64,000 nt of DNA from an uncultured bacterium (GCA_963708045.1 OY970181.1:3740-67739), one strand, 5' to 3'; numbered from the stretch's first letter, positions 1 through 9,348 are shown. The notes: a model not told the origin generated them from the letters alone. Numbers and translations: made by a program.

Positions 1-742
1 CATTAACCGCATTTGGGATCTCTTTGCGGTGAGAATTATCGCGAACAACGTCCCCGACTGTTACGCCGCTTTAGGCGTTATTCATTCGCTTTGGAAACCG
101 GTCAAAGGGCGGATTAAAGACTACATCGCTCAGCCAAAACCCAACGGTTATCGTTCAATTCATACAACCGTCTTTGCCGATGATGGAGAATTTGTTGAAT
201 TCCAAATTCGCACCAAAGAAATGCACGACGAGGCGCAATACGGAATCGCCGCCCACTGGCGCTATGACGAACTTAAAAATATCCAAGCGCCGCTTCCTAA
301 AAAACAAATCAACTGGGTGACCGAACTTGCCGCCATTCAAAAAGAAATGGAAGGCAACAAAGAATTTATGGCGACCATGGAACACCTAAAGATTGATGTT
401 TTCCACGACCGCATTTTTGTTTACACGCCACAAGGCGATGTGGTTGATTTGCCCGAAGAGGCAACGCCGATTGACTTTGCCTATGCCATTCATACCGACA
501 TTGGAAACACGGCAACGGCGGCGGCGATTAATGGAAAAAATGTCGCCTTAGATACACCACTCCAAAATGGCGATGTTGTAAAAATTGTTATTGATAAAAA
601 CCGCAAAGGCCCTTCCGCCGACTGGGCCAAATTTGTAAAAACCAGAATGGCTCGCGAACGAATTAAAGCCTACGCCCGTTCCCCGCTTCAAGACTTTATC
701 AAATCACTCGTGCCTAAGGGGAAGAAGAAAAAATTTAAATAA
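1..742 (+). CDS. rel: RelA/SpoT (p)ppGpp synthetase/hydrolase, 3' part; ends shortly after the TGS domain with no ACT domain
   Basis: Motifs KDYIAQPKPNGYRSIHT, EFQIRT, GIAAHWRY and TGS TPIDFAYAIHT; 5' end lies outside the window. Confidence 0.93.
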   Translation, partial: INRIWDLFAVRIIANNVPDCYAALGVIHSLWKPVKGRIKDYIAQPKPNGYRSIHTTVFADDGEFVEFQIRTKEMHDEAQYGIAAHWRYDELKNIQAPLPKKQINWVTELAAIQKEMEGNKEFMATMEHLKIDVFHDRIFVYTPQGDVVDLPEEATPIDFAYAIHTDIGNTATAAAINGKNVALDTPLQNGDVVKIVIDKNRKGPSADWAKFVKTRMARERIKAYARSPLQDFIKSLVPKGKKKKFK

Positions 743-842
743 CTTTTAACTGTTAACTGTTAACTTTTTTATTTAAAACATCCCTCAACTGCGGGATGTT
801 TTAAATAAAACCTAAAAGTTGAAAGTTAAAAGTTAAAAGTTT
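740..842. repeat. Inverted period-7 array (TAACTTT/TAACTGT ... AAAAGTT) enclosing a bidirectional terminator hairpin
   Basis: Four heptamers on each arm around TTTTATTTAAAACATCCC-N8-GGGATGTTTTAAATAAAA, between convergent rel and parB. Confidence 0.85.
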
Positions 843-843
843 A

Positions 844-1740
844 CTAACCCCTAATCCCCAACTTAGCCACAAGCTCCCGATACTCTTCTTCGGAAAAATA
901 AGAAATTTTTATTGAACCATTTTTTCCAGCGCCGGAAATAGTAACCTTGGTGCCAAGCTTGCGTCGGAGCGCTTCGGCGTCGGCCGACGTTTGAGCATTC
1001 GGAAGCGCCGTGATTTCTTTGCGTTCGCGCGCCGCCTCTTCCGCCACGCGCACCGTAACTCCCCCGCCCAGCATCGTATTAAACATTTTTTTCTGTGCCG
1101 CAACGTCGGCAAGGCCGGCCAAAACTTTGGCTTGCGACGCGCTAATGATTCCAGAAATAATCGCCTGGCGAATTTCTTCGGGAAGCGAAAGCAAGCGCAT
1201 CATGTTAGCGATCGTTGAACGACTTTTACCTACGCGCCGACCAATATCTTCTTGGGTAAGATTAAATTCATGGGCCAGATCGGCGTACGCCGCGGCCTCT
1301 TCAAGCGCGTTTAGGTCGTGGCGATTAATGTTTTCAATGAGCGAAAGCAAAAGCTTTTCGCGGTCGTCTTTTGTTTCGCGAAGAATAACCGGAACCGTCG
1401 TCATTCCAAGCGCCTGCGACGCGCGCAAGCGGCGTTCGCCGGCAATAAGTTCATAGGTTCCGTCGGGTAGTTTATGCGCGACAAGCGGCTGAACAATTCC
1501 GTGTTCGCGAATAGAAGCAATGAGCGATTCCAATTCGGCATGATCAAAATTATGTCGCGGCTGGCGCGAATTAGGCTTGATTTTCCCAATCAAAATATTA
1601 TGAATCCGACCAAGCTCCGGCACGTCATTACTAACCGGCGCGGCAGAAATTTCTTTTTCTTTTGGAGAAAGCGCGGGAGGATGTTTTTGCGGAATGAGCG
1701 AAGAAAGTCCACGCCCCAGAGAAAAAGGTTTTGCTGGCAT
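844..1740 (-). CDS. parB: ParB/Spo0J partition protein
   Basis: N-terminal LGRGLSSLI, QPR, LIAGERRLRA, central HTH. Confidence 0.96.
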   Translation of the reverse strand: MPAKPFSLGRGLSSLIPQKHPPALSPKEKEISAAPVSNDVPELGRIHNILIGKIKPNSRQPRHNFDHAELESLIASIREHGIVQPLVAHKLPDGTYELIAGERRLRASQALGMTTVPVILRETKDDREKLLLSLIENINRHDLNALEEAAAYADLAHEFNLTQEDIGRRVGKSRSTIANMMRLLSLPEEIRQAIISGIISASQAKVLAGLADVAAQKKMFNTMLGGGVTVRVAEEAARERKEITALPNAQTSADAEALRRKLGTKVTISGAGKNGSIKISYFSEEEYRELVAKLGIRG

Positions 1741-1745
1741 ATTTT

Positions 1746-2516
1746 TTAAAGAGTGGTTAAGGCGTCTATTATTTCTCGCGTCAACCGGTCGTAAGCGGCG
1801 GCGGCTTTTGATCCCGGGTCGTATGACGAAATCGCTTGGCCAAAACTTGGCGCCTCGGCGAGCCGCACCGTTCGCGGAATCACTGAACGAAAAATTTTAT
1901 TAGGGAAATATTTATACAACTCTTCCAAAATTGATTGCGAGAGACGAACGCGGCTGTCAAACATCGTAATCGCCGCGCCGAGCACTTCTAATTTTGGATT
2001 AAGATTTTCTTTGACCAAAGCGATCGTTTCCAAAAGCTGGCCAAGACCTTCAAGCGCATAGTATTCGGCCTGAACCGGAATAAGGACGACGTCGGCGGCG
2101 GTAAACGCGTTTACCGTGATGAGCCCGAGAGACGGCGGACAGTCAAGAATAACAACGTCGTAGTCGTTTCGCACTTCCAAAAGCGCGTCAAAAAGACGGT
2201 GTTCGCGGCGATCAATTTCCACAAGTTCAACCTGCGCGCCGGCGAGTGCGCCGTGCGCTGGCGCAATTTTAAGTCCGGTATAAGCAGTTGGCTGGATAAC
2301 CGATCCCAAACTGGCGCGGCCGATAATCGCGTCGTAAATACTTGCTTCAAGTGACTTATGGTCAACGCCGAGTCCCGAAGTGGCGTTAGCTTGCGAGTCC
2401 AAATCGATTAAAAGCACGAATTTGCCAGCCGCGGCAAGCGAGGCAGCAACGTTAACAGCGGTCGTGGTCTTTCCCACTCCCCCTTTTTGATTAGCAACAG
2501 CAATGACAACGGCCAT
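1746..2516 (-). CDS. parA: ParA/Soj ATPase
   Basis: NQKGGVGKTTT, DLDSQAN, DCPPSLG, LAEAPSFG. Confidence 0.97.
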   Translation of the reverse strand: MAVVIAVANQKGGVGKTTTAVNVAASLAAAGKFVLLIDLDSQANATSGLGVDHKSLEASIYDAIIGRASLGSVIQPTAYTGLKIAPAHGALAGAQVELVEIDRREHRLFDALLEVRNDYDVVILDCPPSLGLITVNAFTAADVVLIPVQAEYYALEGLGQLLETIALVKENLNPKLEVLGAAITMFDSRVRLSQSILEELYKYFPNKIFRSVIPRTVRLAEAPSFGQAISSYDPGSKAAAAYDRLTREIIDALTTL

Positions 2517-2547
2517 AGTTAATTTAGTTTATCAGCGAAAACCGCCT

Positions 2548-2576
2548 TTGACAAGGATAACAATTGCGAGTATATT
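2548..2576 (+). promoter_or_regulatory. sigma70-type promoter of the tRNA cluster
   Basis: TTGACA-N17-TATATT. Confidence 0.75.
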
Positions 2577-2615
2577 ATCCTCTATGCCGATCGCGACCGG
2601 CATAGAGTTTTTTAC

Positions 2616-2698
2616 GCCGCCGTGGCGGAATGGCATACGCGAAGGACTCAAAATCCTTTGATCGCAAGGTCGTGTGGGTTCAAGTCCCACCGGCGGCA
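2616..2698 (+). tRNA. tRNA-Leu(CAA)
   Basis: Acceptor GCCGCCG/CGGCGGC, anticodon arm AAGGA-CTCAAAA-TCCTT, long variable arm, T-loop TTCAAGT; CCA not encoded. Confidence 0.95.
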
Positions 2699-2708
2699 AT
2701 TTAGTAAA

Positions 2709-2772
2709 TAGCACGTAGCAAATGGAGTGACCCATATGCCGCGAGCCACGAGCTACAAACCACGTGCAGTAT
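2709..2772. repeat. Degenerate period-7 inverted array (TAGCACG/CGAGCTA family)
   Basis: TAGCACG TAGCAAA TGG ... CGAGCCA CGAGCTA CAAACCA CGTGC between tRNAs. Confidence 0.55.
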
Positions 2773-2844
2773 AGCGGGGTGGAGAAGTGGCATCTCGCAA
2801 GGCCCATAACCTTGAGATCACCGGTTCAAATCCGGTCCCCGCAA
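2773..2844 (+). tRNA. Initiator tRNA-fMet(CAT), atypical
   Basis: AGCGGGG/CCCCGCA with 1:72 mismatch; anticodon arm CAAGG-CCCATAA-CCTTG. Confidence 0.9.
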
Positions 2845-2897
2845 GCTTGATAATGAATCAACATTCGTTATCAGACTTGCACAAGCTATAAAAAAAT

Positions 2898-2958
2898 AAA
2901 CAACATACAATAAACGATCTGGTAAAAATTGTTCATTGTACGTTGTCCATTGTCCATA
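2898..2958. repeat. Period-7 inverted array (ACAAT/ATTGT family)
   Basis: AAACAAC ATACAAT AAACGAT ... ATTGTTC ATTGTAC GTTGTCC ATTGTCC. Confidence 0.65.
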
Positions 2959-2968
2959 GATAAAAAAG

Positions 2969-3045
2969 GCCTGGGTAGCTCAGTCGGTTAGAGCGAAGGA
3001 CTCATAAGCCTTAGGTCGGCAGTTTAATTCTGCCCCCAGGCACCA
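2969..3045 (+). tRNA. tRNA with CAT anticodon (elongator Met, or Ile2)
   Basis: GCCTGGG/CCCAGGC-A-CCA; loop CTCATAA; aberrant T-loop TTTAATT and 31:39 mismatch. Confidence 0.88.
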
Positions 3046-3075
3046 AAAAATCTCCAAATATTTGGAGATTTTTTG
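3045..3075 (+). terminator. Intrinsic terminator after the tRNA cluster
   Basis: AAAAAATCTCCAAA-TA-TTTGGAGATTTTTT. Confidence 0.7.
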
Positions 3076-3137
3076 TTTGTCATCTTGTCTAATTTTCTCC
3101 TTGAATTTAACGCGTATTTTTGCTACATTTAAAAACT

Positions 3138-3617
3138 ATGTTTGTCACAACCCACGTTCTCATGGGCGGACTTATCGGAGAAAATGTGCCCACACCGCTT
3201 GTCGCGGCGGCGGTTGGTATTGCCTCTCATTTTATTTTAGACACCATCCCTCACGGCGATTCGTATCTTTATTATAATTATAAAGAAGGAAAAAATGTCA
3301 CCAAATCGCTTGTCTACACCGTTGTTGATGCCGTCCTCGCGGTTATTGTTCTAGTTTATATGCTTGAGATCGCACCTTACCCAAGCCGCGGCACGATGGT
3401 CGCGGCCGTGATCGGCGCGATCCTCCCCGATTTTTTGGTTGCGCTCGCCGAAATTTTTCCAATCAAGCCGCTTGCCTGGTTTGCCAAAACGCATATGCGC
3501 ATCCACGATGCCGTCTCTATTCGCATCGGGCATATTCGCCCGCGCTACGGCATGATCATTCAAGTTACTCTTTTTTGTTTTCTTTTTTTTCTCGCAACAA
3601 TCAAACCTTTAAAATAA
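3138..3617 (+). CDS. Membrane protein, putative metal-dependent hydrolase (YdjM-like)
   Basis: Hydrophobic helices with His/Asp motifs TTHVL, SHFILDTIPHGD, LPD, HxxIH. Confidence 0.65.
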   Translation: MFVTTHVLMGGLIGENVPTPLVAAAVGIASHFILDTIPHGDSYLYYNYKEGKNVTKSLVYTVVDAVLAVIVLVYMLEIAPYPSRGTMVAAVIGAILPDFLVALAEIFPIKPLAWFAKTHMRIHDAVSIRIGHIRPRYGMIIQVTLFCFLFFLATIKPLK

Positions 3618-3618
3618 A

Positions 3619-4614
3619 CTATTTGCTCGCGGCACTAAGTTTGGCTGGCCAGCGATAATTTTCATAAGTCCAATAAGCAAGACTTTTTGCATCTTGAAAA
3701 CGCGCGTCGTCGTTAACGCTCCCAATCACGATGACGGCAATTGTACCGGCGCCATCTTTTGAAAAAGACACGGCAATATTGTGGCCGCTTTCGTCAATAA
3801 AACCGGTTTTTGCTCCCAAAATTTTATAGGGTTTTTTGTTAACAAAAGAACTTAATAATTTATCGGTCGTTAAAATTCTTACGGTTTTTCCAAAAATCTT
3901 TTTTAACTCATATGATGAAGAAAGCGTTGAGGCGACAATTTCCTTTTTTTGAATCGCGGCCTTAAGAAGTAAATAGACGTCGTGCGCTGTCGAAACATTG
4001 TCCGGACTTAAGCCGGTTGGTTCAACAAAGTGTGTGCTTGAAAGCCCAAGTCCCGCCGCCCTAGCGTTCATTTCGGAAACAAAGACGTTTTGCGAAAGAC
4101 CAACCGACGAAGCCAGTGCCACCGCGGCGGCGTTTGATGAACCAACAAGCATTGCTTGCCAAAGATCACGAACCGTCACGATGTCGCCAGGCGCAAAAAA
4201 CGGCAACCCTCCCCCGTCAACCGGCTTTTCCAAAGTAACTTTTTTATTCCAGTCAGGATGGTTTTCCAAAACCACGAGCGCCGTCATTAGTTTGGTAATT
4301 GAAGCGATCGGCGTTCGTTCGTTCGCATTCTCAGAATATAATTCTGTTCCCGTAAGAAGATCGCAAACAAAAATTTTATCGGCAGTCGTTTTCACGCCAA
4401 CGCTTTCGCGACCATTCGCGGCAATAATTTTCTTGGGCGCAACCGACGCCGCTTTGCGCAGAGCCGCGACGGTTAAACTGTTTGCGGGTACTGTCTTTAC
4501 AGGCACCGGCGCGGCATCAACAAAAGACGTCACCAACGCCGGCGCATCATAAACAACCGGCACTGCCGAAATAATTATAACCGCGACAATCGTGCCGAGC
4601 AGTCTCTTCTTCAT
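3619..4614 (-). CDS. D-alanyl-D-alanine carboxypeptidase/endopeptidase (peptidase S11)
   Basis: Signal peptide; SxxK (ASITKL), SxN (SSN), KTG. Confidence 0.9.
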   Translation of the reverse strand: MKKRLLGTIVAVIIISAVPVVYDAPALVTSFVDAAPVPVKTVPANSLTVAALRKAASVAPKKIIAANGRESVGVKTTADKIFVCDLLTGTELYSENANERTPIASITKLMTALVVLENHPDWNKKVTLEKPVDGGGLPFFAPGDIVTVRDLWQAMLVGSSNAAAVALASSVGLSQNVFVSEMNARAAGLGLSSTHFVEPTGLSPDNVSTAHDVYLLLKAAIQKKEIVASTLSSSYELKKIFGKTVRILTTDKLLSSFVNKKPYKILGAKTGFIDESGHNIAVSFSKDGAGTIAVIVIGSVNDDARFQDAKSLAYWTYENYRWPAKLSAASK

Positions 4615-5162
4615 TGCTTTTCTTCTTTTGACGCGAATTCTAAAATGTCTTCAATGCGCTTGTCCGAACGCAGGGCTTCGTAGTCAGGCAACTCAGCAAT
4701 ACTGCCAACGCCAAGAAAACGCATAAATTCCATTGACACGCGATAAATTGATAAACCGTTTTCTATTTCTTCATCAATAAGACCGCGCATCATCAAATTA
4801 CGCAAAATAATTGTACAGTTAACGCCCCTGATTTGTTCAAGCTCGGCTTTGCCAACGGGGCCGCGATACGCGATCACTGTGAGTGTTTCCAGCTGCGGAC
4901 GGGTCAGCTCGCTTGTTGTCTCGTCTTTGACGAATTTTTCCACAAGTTCGCCGGCTTCGGCGACCGAACCAAGGCGTAATTCGTCATCAACCCGAACCAG
5001 CACCAAACCGCTTCCAGACGCCTTAAGACGCTCGGCAAGATTGGCGGCCGCGAGCCGCACGTCTTCTTTGGTGGCTTCGGTTAGTTCGGATATTTTTTTT
5101 ATGTTAAGCGGCCGCGGCGAAACCGCGAGTAGCGCTTCTATTTTCGCTTCAAGATTAAGCAT
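4611..5162 (-). CDS. scpB: SMC-Scp complex subunit ScpB
   Basis: IEALL, LETLTVIAYRGP, EQIRGVN, FMRFLG..ELP. Confidence 0.93.
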   Translation of the reverse strand: MLNLEAKIEALLAVSPRPLNIKKISELTEATKEDVRLAAANLAERLKASGSGLVLVRVDDELRLGSVAEAGELVEKFVKDETTSELTRPQLETLTVIAYRGPVGKAELEQIRGVNCTIILRNLMMRGLIDEEIENGLSIYRVSMEFMRFLGVGSIAELPDYEALRSDKRIEDILEFASKEEKQ

Positions 5163-5877
5163 TTTGTGTTTCCGGCCGTTTTGGCGGCCGCGTTATGATT
5201 ATTTCTCCAAATTCTTCGCTTTGTTCAGCCGATAAATCGCGAGAACGAACCAGCTCTAGCAAGGCAAGAAAATTGACCACGATTTCGGTTCTATCGGTCG
5301 CGTCTGTCATTATATCGCGAAATCGCATTGTCTCAACCTTTTCCATTAGCGACCGAATATTCCCAATTTTTTCTTGGATGGAAATTTTCCGCTTAAGACG
5401 CTCTTCGGGGTATTTAATAACCGGCGTGAGACGCGTTAAAACATCAATAAACGAAGCGCGCAATTTTTCGGTAGTAACCGAGGGTGGCGGCGAAAAACGC
5501 GGCGTAAGAAGTTGCGGCAAACGATCGCGGAAAAAAATAAGTTTATTTTGCTTGAGTTTTTCCGCGAGCTTAAGCGATGCTTCATAAAAAATCTTGTACA
5601 TCTTAAGCTGAAACTCAAGCGACGGCCCGTCTTCTTCTGGAGTAGGAGCAACCGGCAGGAGCTCGCGCGATTTGATCAGCAAAAGCTTGGCGGCAACAAC
5701 TAAAAAATCAGCGAGATCGTCAGGATTTTTTTCTTCAACCAGCTTCAGACTTTCCATATAATCTTCGGCGATTTTGGAAAGTGAAATTTCGGAAATAGAA
5801 AGTTCCTTTTCTTCAATTAGCTGAAGAAGCAAATCTAACGGCCCTTCAAATTTTTCCGTTTTAAAATTAATGGAAAT
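5155..5877 (-). CDS. scpA: Segregation/condensation protein A; apparent ATT start
   Basis: FEGPLDLLLQLI (begins upstream of the ORF-track TTG), FLVVAAKLLLIKSRELLP, FLALLEL. Confidence 0.92.
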   Translation of the reverse strand: MSINFKTEKFEGPLDLLLQLIEEKELSISEISLSKIAEDYMESLKLVEEKNPDDLADFLVVAAKLLLIKSRELLPVAPTPEEDGPSLEFQLKMYKIFYEASLKLAEKLKQNKLIFFRDRLPQLLTPRFSPPPSVTTEKLRASFIDVLTRLTPVIKYPEERLKRKISIQEKIGNIRSLMEKVETMRFRDIMTDATDRTEIVVNFLALLELVRSRDLSAEQSEEFGEIIITRPPKRPETQNA

Positions 5878-5878
5878 A

Positions 5879-6478
5879 TTATTTTCTTTTCTTCGCCGAC
5901 TTTAGCGACTTCTTAAACGCCGCTTTGGTGGCAAATTTTTTCTTCGGTTTTTTCGTAACCTTTTTGGCTTTTTCCGCTTTCGGCATTTTTACCTTGCTTC
6001 CAAACTTGGCGACTTTGGCGTCTTCGGCCTTAACCAAATCTTTAATTTTTATTCGCAAAGAATCGGTCAGGCTTTCGGCGCGGACAAGTCCCTTCGTTAC
6101 GCGCGCAAGCGAATTATCAAGCAGCAGTCCGACGTCTTTATACATGGAAACAAATGGCGTGGCCGCACCCGGAAGCATTCCCGCTTTGACCATATCTTTT
6201 TCATTGGCCAATTCAACCTTAATGGCTTTCAAATGATTTTTAACAGCTTTAAGATCAATACGGTATGAAGCCGGTACGGCGACCACATAATATCGCGTTC
6301 CTTTTTTCTCAACCTTTGGCAACTCAACTTTAATGAGCAAGGTTTTGGCGATGCTTTCCAATTTTTCGCCAAGCGTCTGTGCCAAATCATAAGCCGTGTA
6401 AACAGTTTTATGCGGCACCTCTTCAAATTTAACATTAATCTTTTTTAGATGGGCGATTATTTTTTTTGGGATGGACAT
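5879..6478 (-). CDS. YbaK/ProX-family aminoacyl-tRNA editing domain protein with Lys-rich tail
   Basis: HKTVYTAYDLA, IAKTLL, ELANE, PGAATPF; basic C-terminal tail. Confidence 0.8.
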   Translation of the reverse strand: MSIPKKIIAHLKKINVKFEEVPHKTVYTAYDLAQTLGEKLESIAKTLLIKVELPKVEKKGTRYYVVAVPASYRIDLKAVKNHLKAIKVELANEKDMVKAGMLPGAATPFVSMYKDVGLLLDNSLARVTKGLVRAESLTDSLRIKIKDLVKAEDAKVAKFGSKVKMPKAEKAKKVTKKPKKKFATKAAFKKSLKSAKKRK

Positions 6479-6483
6479 AAACG

Positions 6484-6514
6484 TAGGGGTCAGAGATTAG
6501 GGTTTAGGGTTTAG
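6484..6514. repeat. Period-7 array (TTTAGGG family), single arm
   Basis: TAGGGGT CAGAGAT TAGGGTT TAGGGTT TAG downstream of aspS. Confidence 0.65.
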
Positions 6515-6525
6515 TGAAAAAATCA

Positions 6526-7908
6526 CTAGGCAATTTTTATATGCGCTTCGCGAAGCGCTTTGGCTGGAAGTTCGGACGGGGCGCCGGTCATTGGGTCGCG
6601 GGCGTCGCCAGTTTTTGGAAAGGCAATAATCTCACGAATGTTTGGTTCGTTAAGAAGCAGGGCGATAACCCGATCCAGCCCCCAAGCAATACCGCCATGC
6701 GGCGGCGCGCCAAAAGTAAACGCTTCCAGCATGTGCCCAAATTTTTCCTTAATCGCCTCTTCGGAGTGTCCCATGATTTCAAAAACCTTTTTAAGGGCTT
6801 CGGGCTGATGATTTCTAATACTGCCGCCGCCAATCTCGCTGCCATTTAAAATAATGTCGTACTGAGCAGCTTTAATTTCGGAGATATTTTCTTTGTTCAT
6901 TAACCGCTCGCGATCGTCGGGCATGGCCGCCGAAAAAGGATTATGAGTGAATGTCCAATTTCCGTCATCGGCTTTTTCAAACATCGGGAAATCAACAACC
7001 CATTCAAAGGCAAGCAAATTAGGATCATTCTTGTCTTCGCGAAGATCCGGCTTGTCAGAATTATATTTCGCCATGGCTTCGGCATAAGGAACGCGCGGAA
7101 ACGGAATTTGTTGAATGCGTTTTTCGGGAAACAGTTCTTTAACCAGCGCAATCAGCATCGCTTCGTTAAGCGCCATCACGTCTTCGCTTTCAACAAACGA
7201 CATTTCCATATCCAACTGCGTAAACTCCGGCTGACGATCACCGCGCTGGTCTTCGTCGCGATAACAACGAGCAACTTGAAAATATTTTTCCATCCCCGCC
7301 ACCATTAAGAGTTGTTTATGCTGCTGCGGCGATTGCGGCAAGGTATAAAATGTTCCCGGGTGAAGTCTGGACGGCACCATAAATTCACGCGATCCCTCCG
7401 GTGTCCCCTTTCCCAGAGACGGCGTTTCAATTTCCCAAAAACCTTCTTTGTTCAAATAATTTCTTGAGAAATTAATTATTTTGTGGCGCATCTCCATATT
7501 TTTCCGCAACCGTTCCGAACGCAAATCAAGATAACGGTATTTAAGACGCGTTTCTTCGTTAACTTCACGTGTATCGCTCGCAATAGAAAACGGCGGCGTT
7601 TGGCATTCGTTAAGAATTTCAATATTCAAAGCTTCCATCTCCACCGTGCCGGTCGGAATATTCGGATTAACCATTTTTTCTGGACGAGCCTTTACCAAGC
7701 CGTGAATGGAAACCACCCATTCGTCGCGTAAACGCGGCACAATGTCGGTAAACTTACCAGGCAGCACAACCACCTGAATAACCCCCGTCCGGTCGCGGAC
7801 GTCCAAAAACACGATTTTGCCCATATCGCGGCGCGTGTTGATCCAGCCTTTAACGGTTATTTCTTGACCGACCTCTTTAATTGAATCAATGATATTTGTT
7901 CTTTTCAT
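6526..7908 (-). CDS. aspS: Aspartyl-tRNA synthetase, short form lacking the GAD insert
   Basis: RLKYRYLDLR, LPQSPQ, CYRDED..DRQPEFTQLD, GAPPHGG.A.GLDR. Confidence 0.96.
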   Translation of the reverse strand: MKRTNIIDSIKEVGQEITVKGWINTRRDMGKIVFLDVRDRTGVIQVVVLPGKFTDIVPRLRDEWVVSIHGLVKARPEKMVNPNIPTGTVEMEALNIEILNECQTPPFSIASDTREVNEETRLKYRYLDLRSERLRKNMEMRHKIINFSRNYLNKEGFWEIETPSLGKGTPEGSREFMVPSRLHPGTFYTLPQSPQQHKQLLMVAGMEKYFQVARCYRDEDQRGDRQPEFTQLDMEMSFVESEDVMALNEAMLIALVKELFPEKRIQQIPFPRVPYAEAMAKYNSDKPDLREDKNDPNLLAFEWVVDFPMFEKADDGNWTFTHNPFSAAMPDDRERLMNKENISEIKAAQYDIILNGSEIGGGSIRNHQPEALKKVFEIMGHSEEAIKEKFGHMLEAFTFGAPPHGGIAWGLDRVIALLLNEPNIREIIAFPKTGDARDPMTGAPSELPAKALREAHIKIA

Positions 7909-7953
7909 AGGTGTAAATTGTATATAATTTAACGTATTAATTCAAGGAATAAA

Positions 7954-7988
7954 TCAGACCAAGGAGCGTTAAACGCTCCTTGGTCTGA
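7954..7988 (-). terminator. Hairpin terminator after the MFS gene
   Basis: TCAGACCAAGGAGCGT-TAA-ACGCTCCTTGGTCTGA. Confidence 0.7.
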
Positions 7989-7994
7989 AACCCG

Positions 7995-9176
7995 CTAACC
8001 AGGCTTGCGATCTGGTCTTAAGAACCATAAACCAATCGCAGCAACAATAAGTCCGACGCCGCAAAAGCCAAAGACCGTAACAATAATCTCACCACCGACC
8101 GGCTTTCCTGCTACGCCCAACGCTGTCCCGACCAAAACAAACGCATAGCCAGCGCGGCCGATAAGTGATTGCAGCGATCCATAAGTGGCGCGAAAGTGTT
8201 CGCCGACATGTTGTTGAGTAAAGGTATCAACGAGCGGCGAAAAAAATCCGCGTCCCAATTCGTGCAAAACAATCAGCCCAAGCAATGGATAGACGGACTT
8301 GGTCACAAAAACAAAGCCAAGACCAACGCCGGAAATGAGAAACGACATAGCAATCATCCCTGCTTCGCGACCAACCGGTTTTTTACTTCGTCTTATGTAA
8401 AAACCAGCCAGAGCGGCAGCGCCATAAATCGGTATCCACGACCAAGCCACTCCTACGCTTCCAACCCTTTCTTTTAGAAGCGGTGTCCAGTACAGATTGA
8501 ACGGAATAACCAACCCCATGAGCATTGAAGCGGCTGATGCCCAAATTAGACTAGGCGATTTCTTTAACGCGCCAACACTTTCCTTAAGAGCGTGAAATTC
8601 GGAGACACGGTGTACTGGTTCGCCGCTGTCATTCATCACGAAAACCGCGGTAATAAGCGCCGCCGCCGCAAAAAGTGCGCCCATTGCCCAGCCAAGGCGC
8701 GGATAACTCGGGGCAAGAAAAATACCCGAGAAAAAACCACCCACAATCATCGCTAGCGACGAAGCAATTGACCCTGTGGCAAAAGCATGACGTAATTTTT
8801 CTTGCTCATTGCGGTGACGCAAAGCATCGGTAAGCCAAGCCTGGAGTGCGCCCGAAGTAAATGCATTACCGATCGCCACCAAACATTCAGCAATAACCGC
8901 CGTCCAAAAACCACGCACGCCAGCGTAAAATGCCGACCCAAAACAAAGTGCCAAAGCACCGCAACAAATAGAAAAGCGCCTGCTTCGCCCATCGGCAATC
9001 ATCCCCGTCGGAACTTCAAAGATAACGACACAGAACCAAAAGATAACATTTACCAAGGCAATGTCGGAAAGGGTAAGCCCGTTTGCAATGAGAAGCGGTA
9101 TGTAGATAACCACCGTCATACTTGTTGAGAGTCCGACGAGCAAGTTATAAAGAACGAAAACGCGTGTTGGATGCAT
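7995..9176 (-). CDS. MFS transporter
   Basis: About 12 TM segments; FEVPTGMIADGRSRR (MFS motif A-like); SD GGAGGT. Confidence 0.9.
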   Translation of the reverse strand: MHPTRVFVLYNLLVGLSTSMTVVIYIPLLIANGLTLSDIALVNVIFWFCVVIFEVPTGMIADGRSRRFSICCGALALCFGSAFYAGVRGFWTAVIAECLVAIGNAFTSGALQAWLTDALRHRNEQEKLRHAFATGSIASSLAMIVGGFFSGIFLAPSYPRLGWAMGALFAAAALITAVFVMNDSGEPVHRVSEFHALKESVGALKKSPSLIWASAASMLMGLVIPFNLYWTPLLKERVGSVGVAWSWIPIYGAAALAGFYIRRSKKPVGREAGMIAMSFLISGVGLGFVFVTKSVYPLLGLIVLHELGRGFFSPLVDTFTQQHVGEHFRATYGSLQSLIGRAGYAFVLVGTALGVAGKPVGGEIIVTVFGFCGVGLIVAAIGLWFLRPDRKPG

Positions 9177-9190
9177 AGTAACCTCCGGTT

Positions 9191-9348
9191 AATAACAAAC
9201 CGACTCGGGAATATTCCCGAGTCGGTATAAGTTCTGAATATTTTCTAAATATTTATTTTTCAGATCTTATGTGACTCGGCAATACGAAAGCAGTCGGGCG
9301 ATCGGCGCCGACGGTATTCGTAATGGAGTAATTCATAAGATGTTTCAT
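9191..9348 (-). promoter_or_regulatory. Putative leader-peptide attenuator (31-aa uORF 9253-9348; antiterminator/terminator)
   Basis: Terminator ACCGACTCGGGAATATTCCCGAGTCGGT-TTGTT; competing stem CCGAGTCACATAAGATCTGAA/TTCAGAACTTATACCGACTCGG. Confidence 0.65.
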
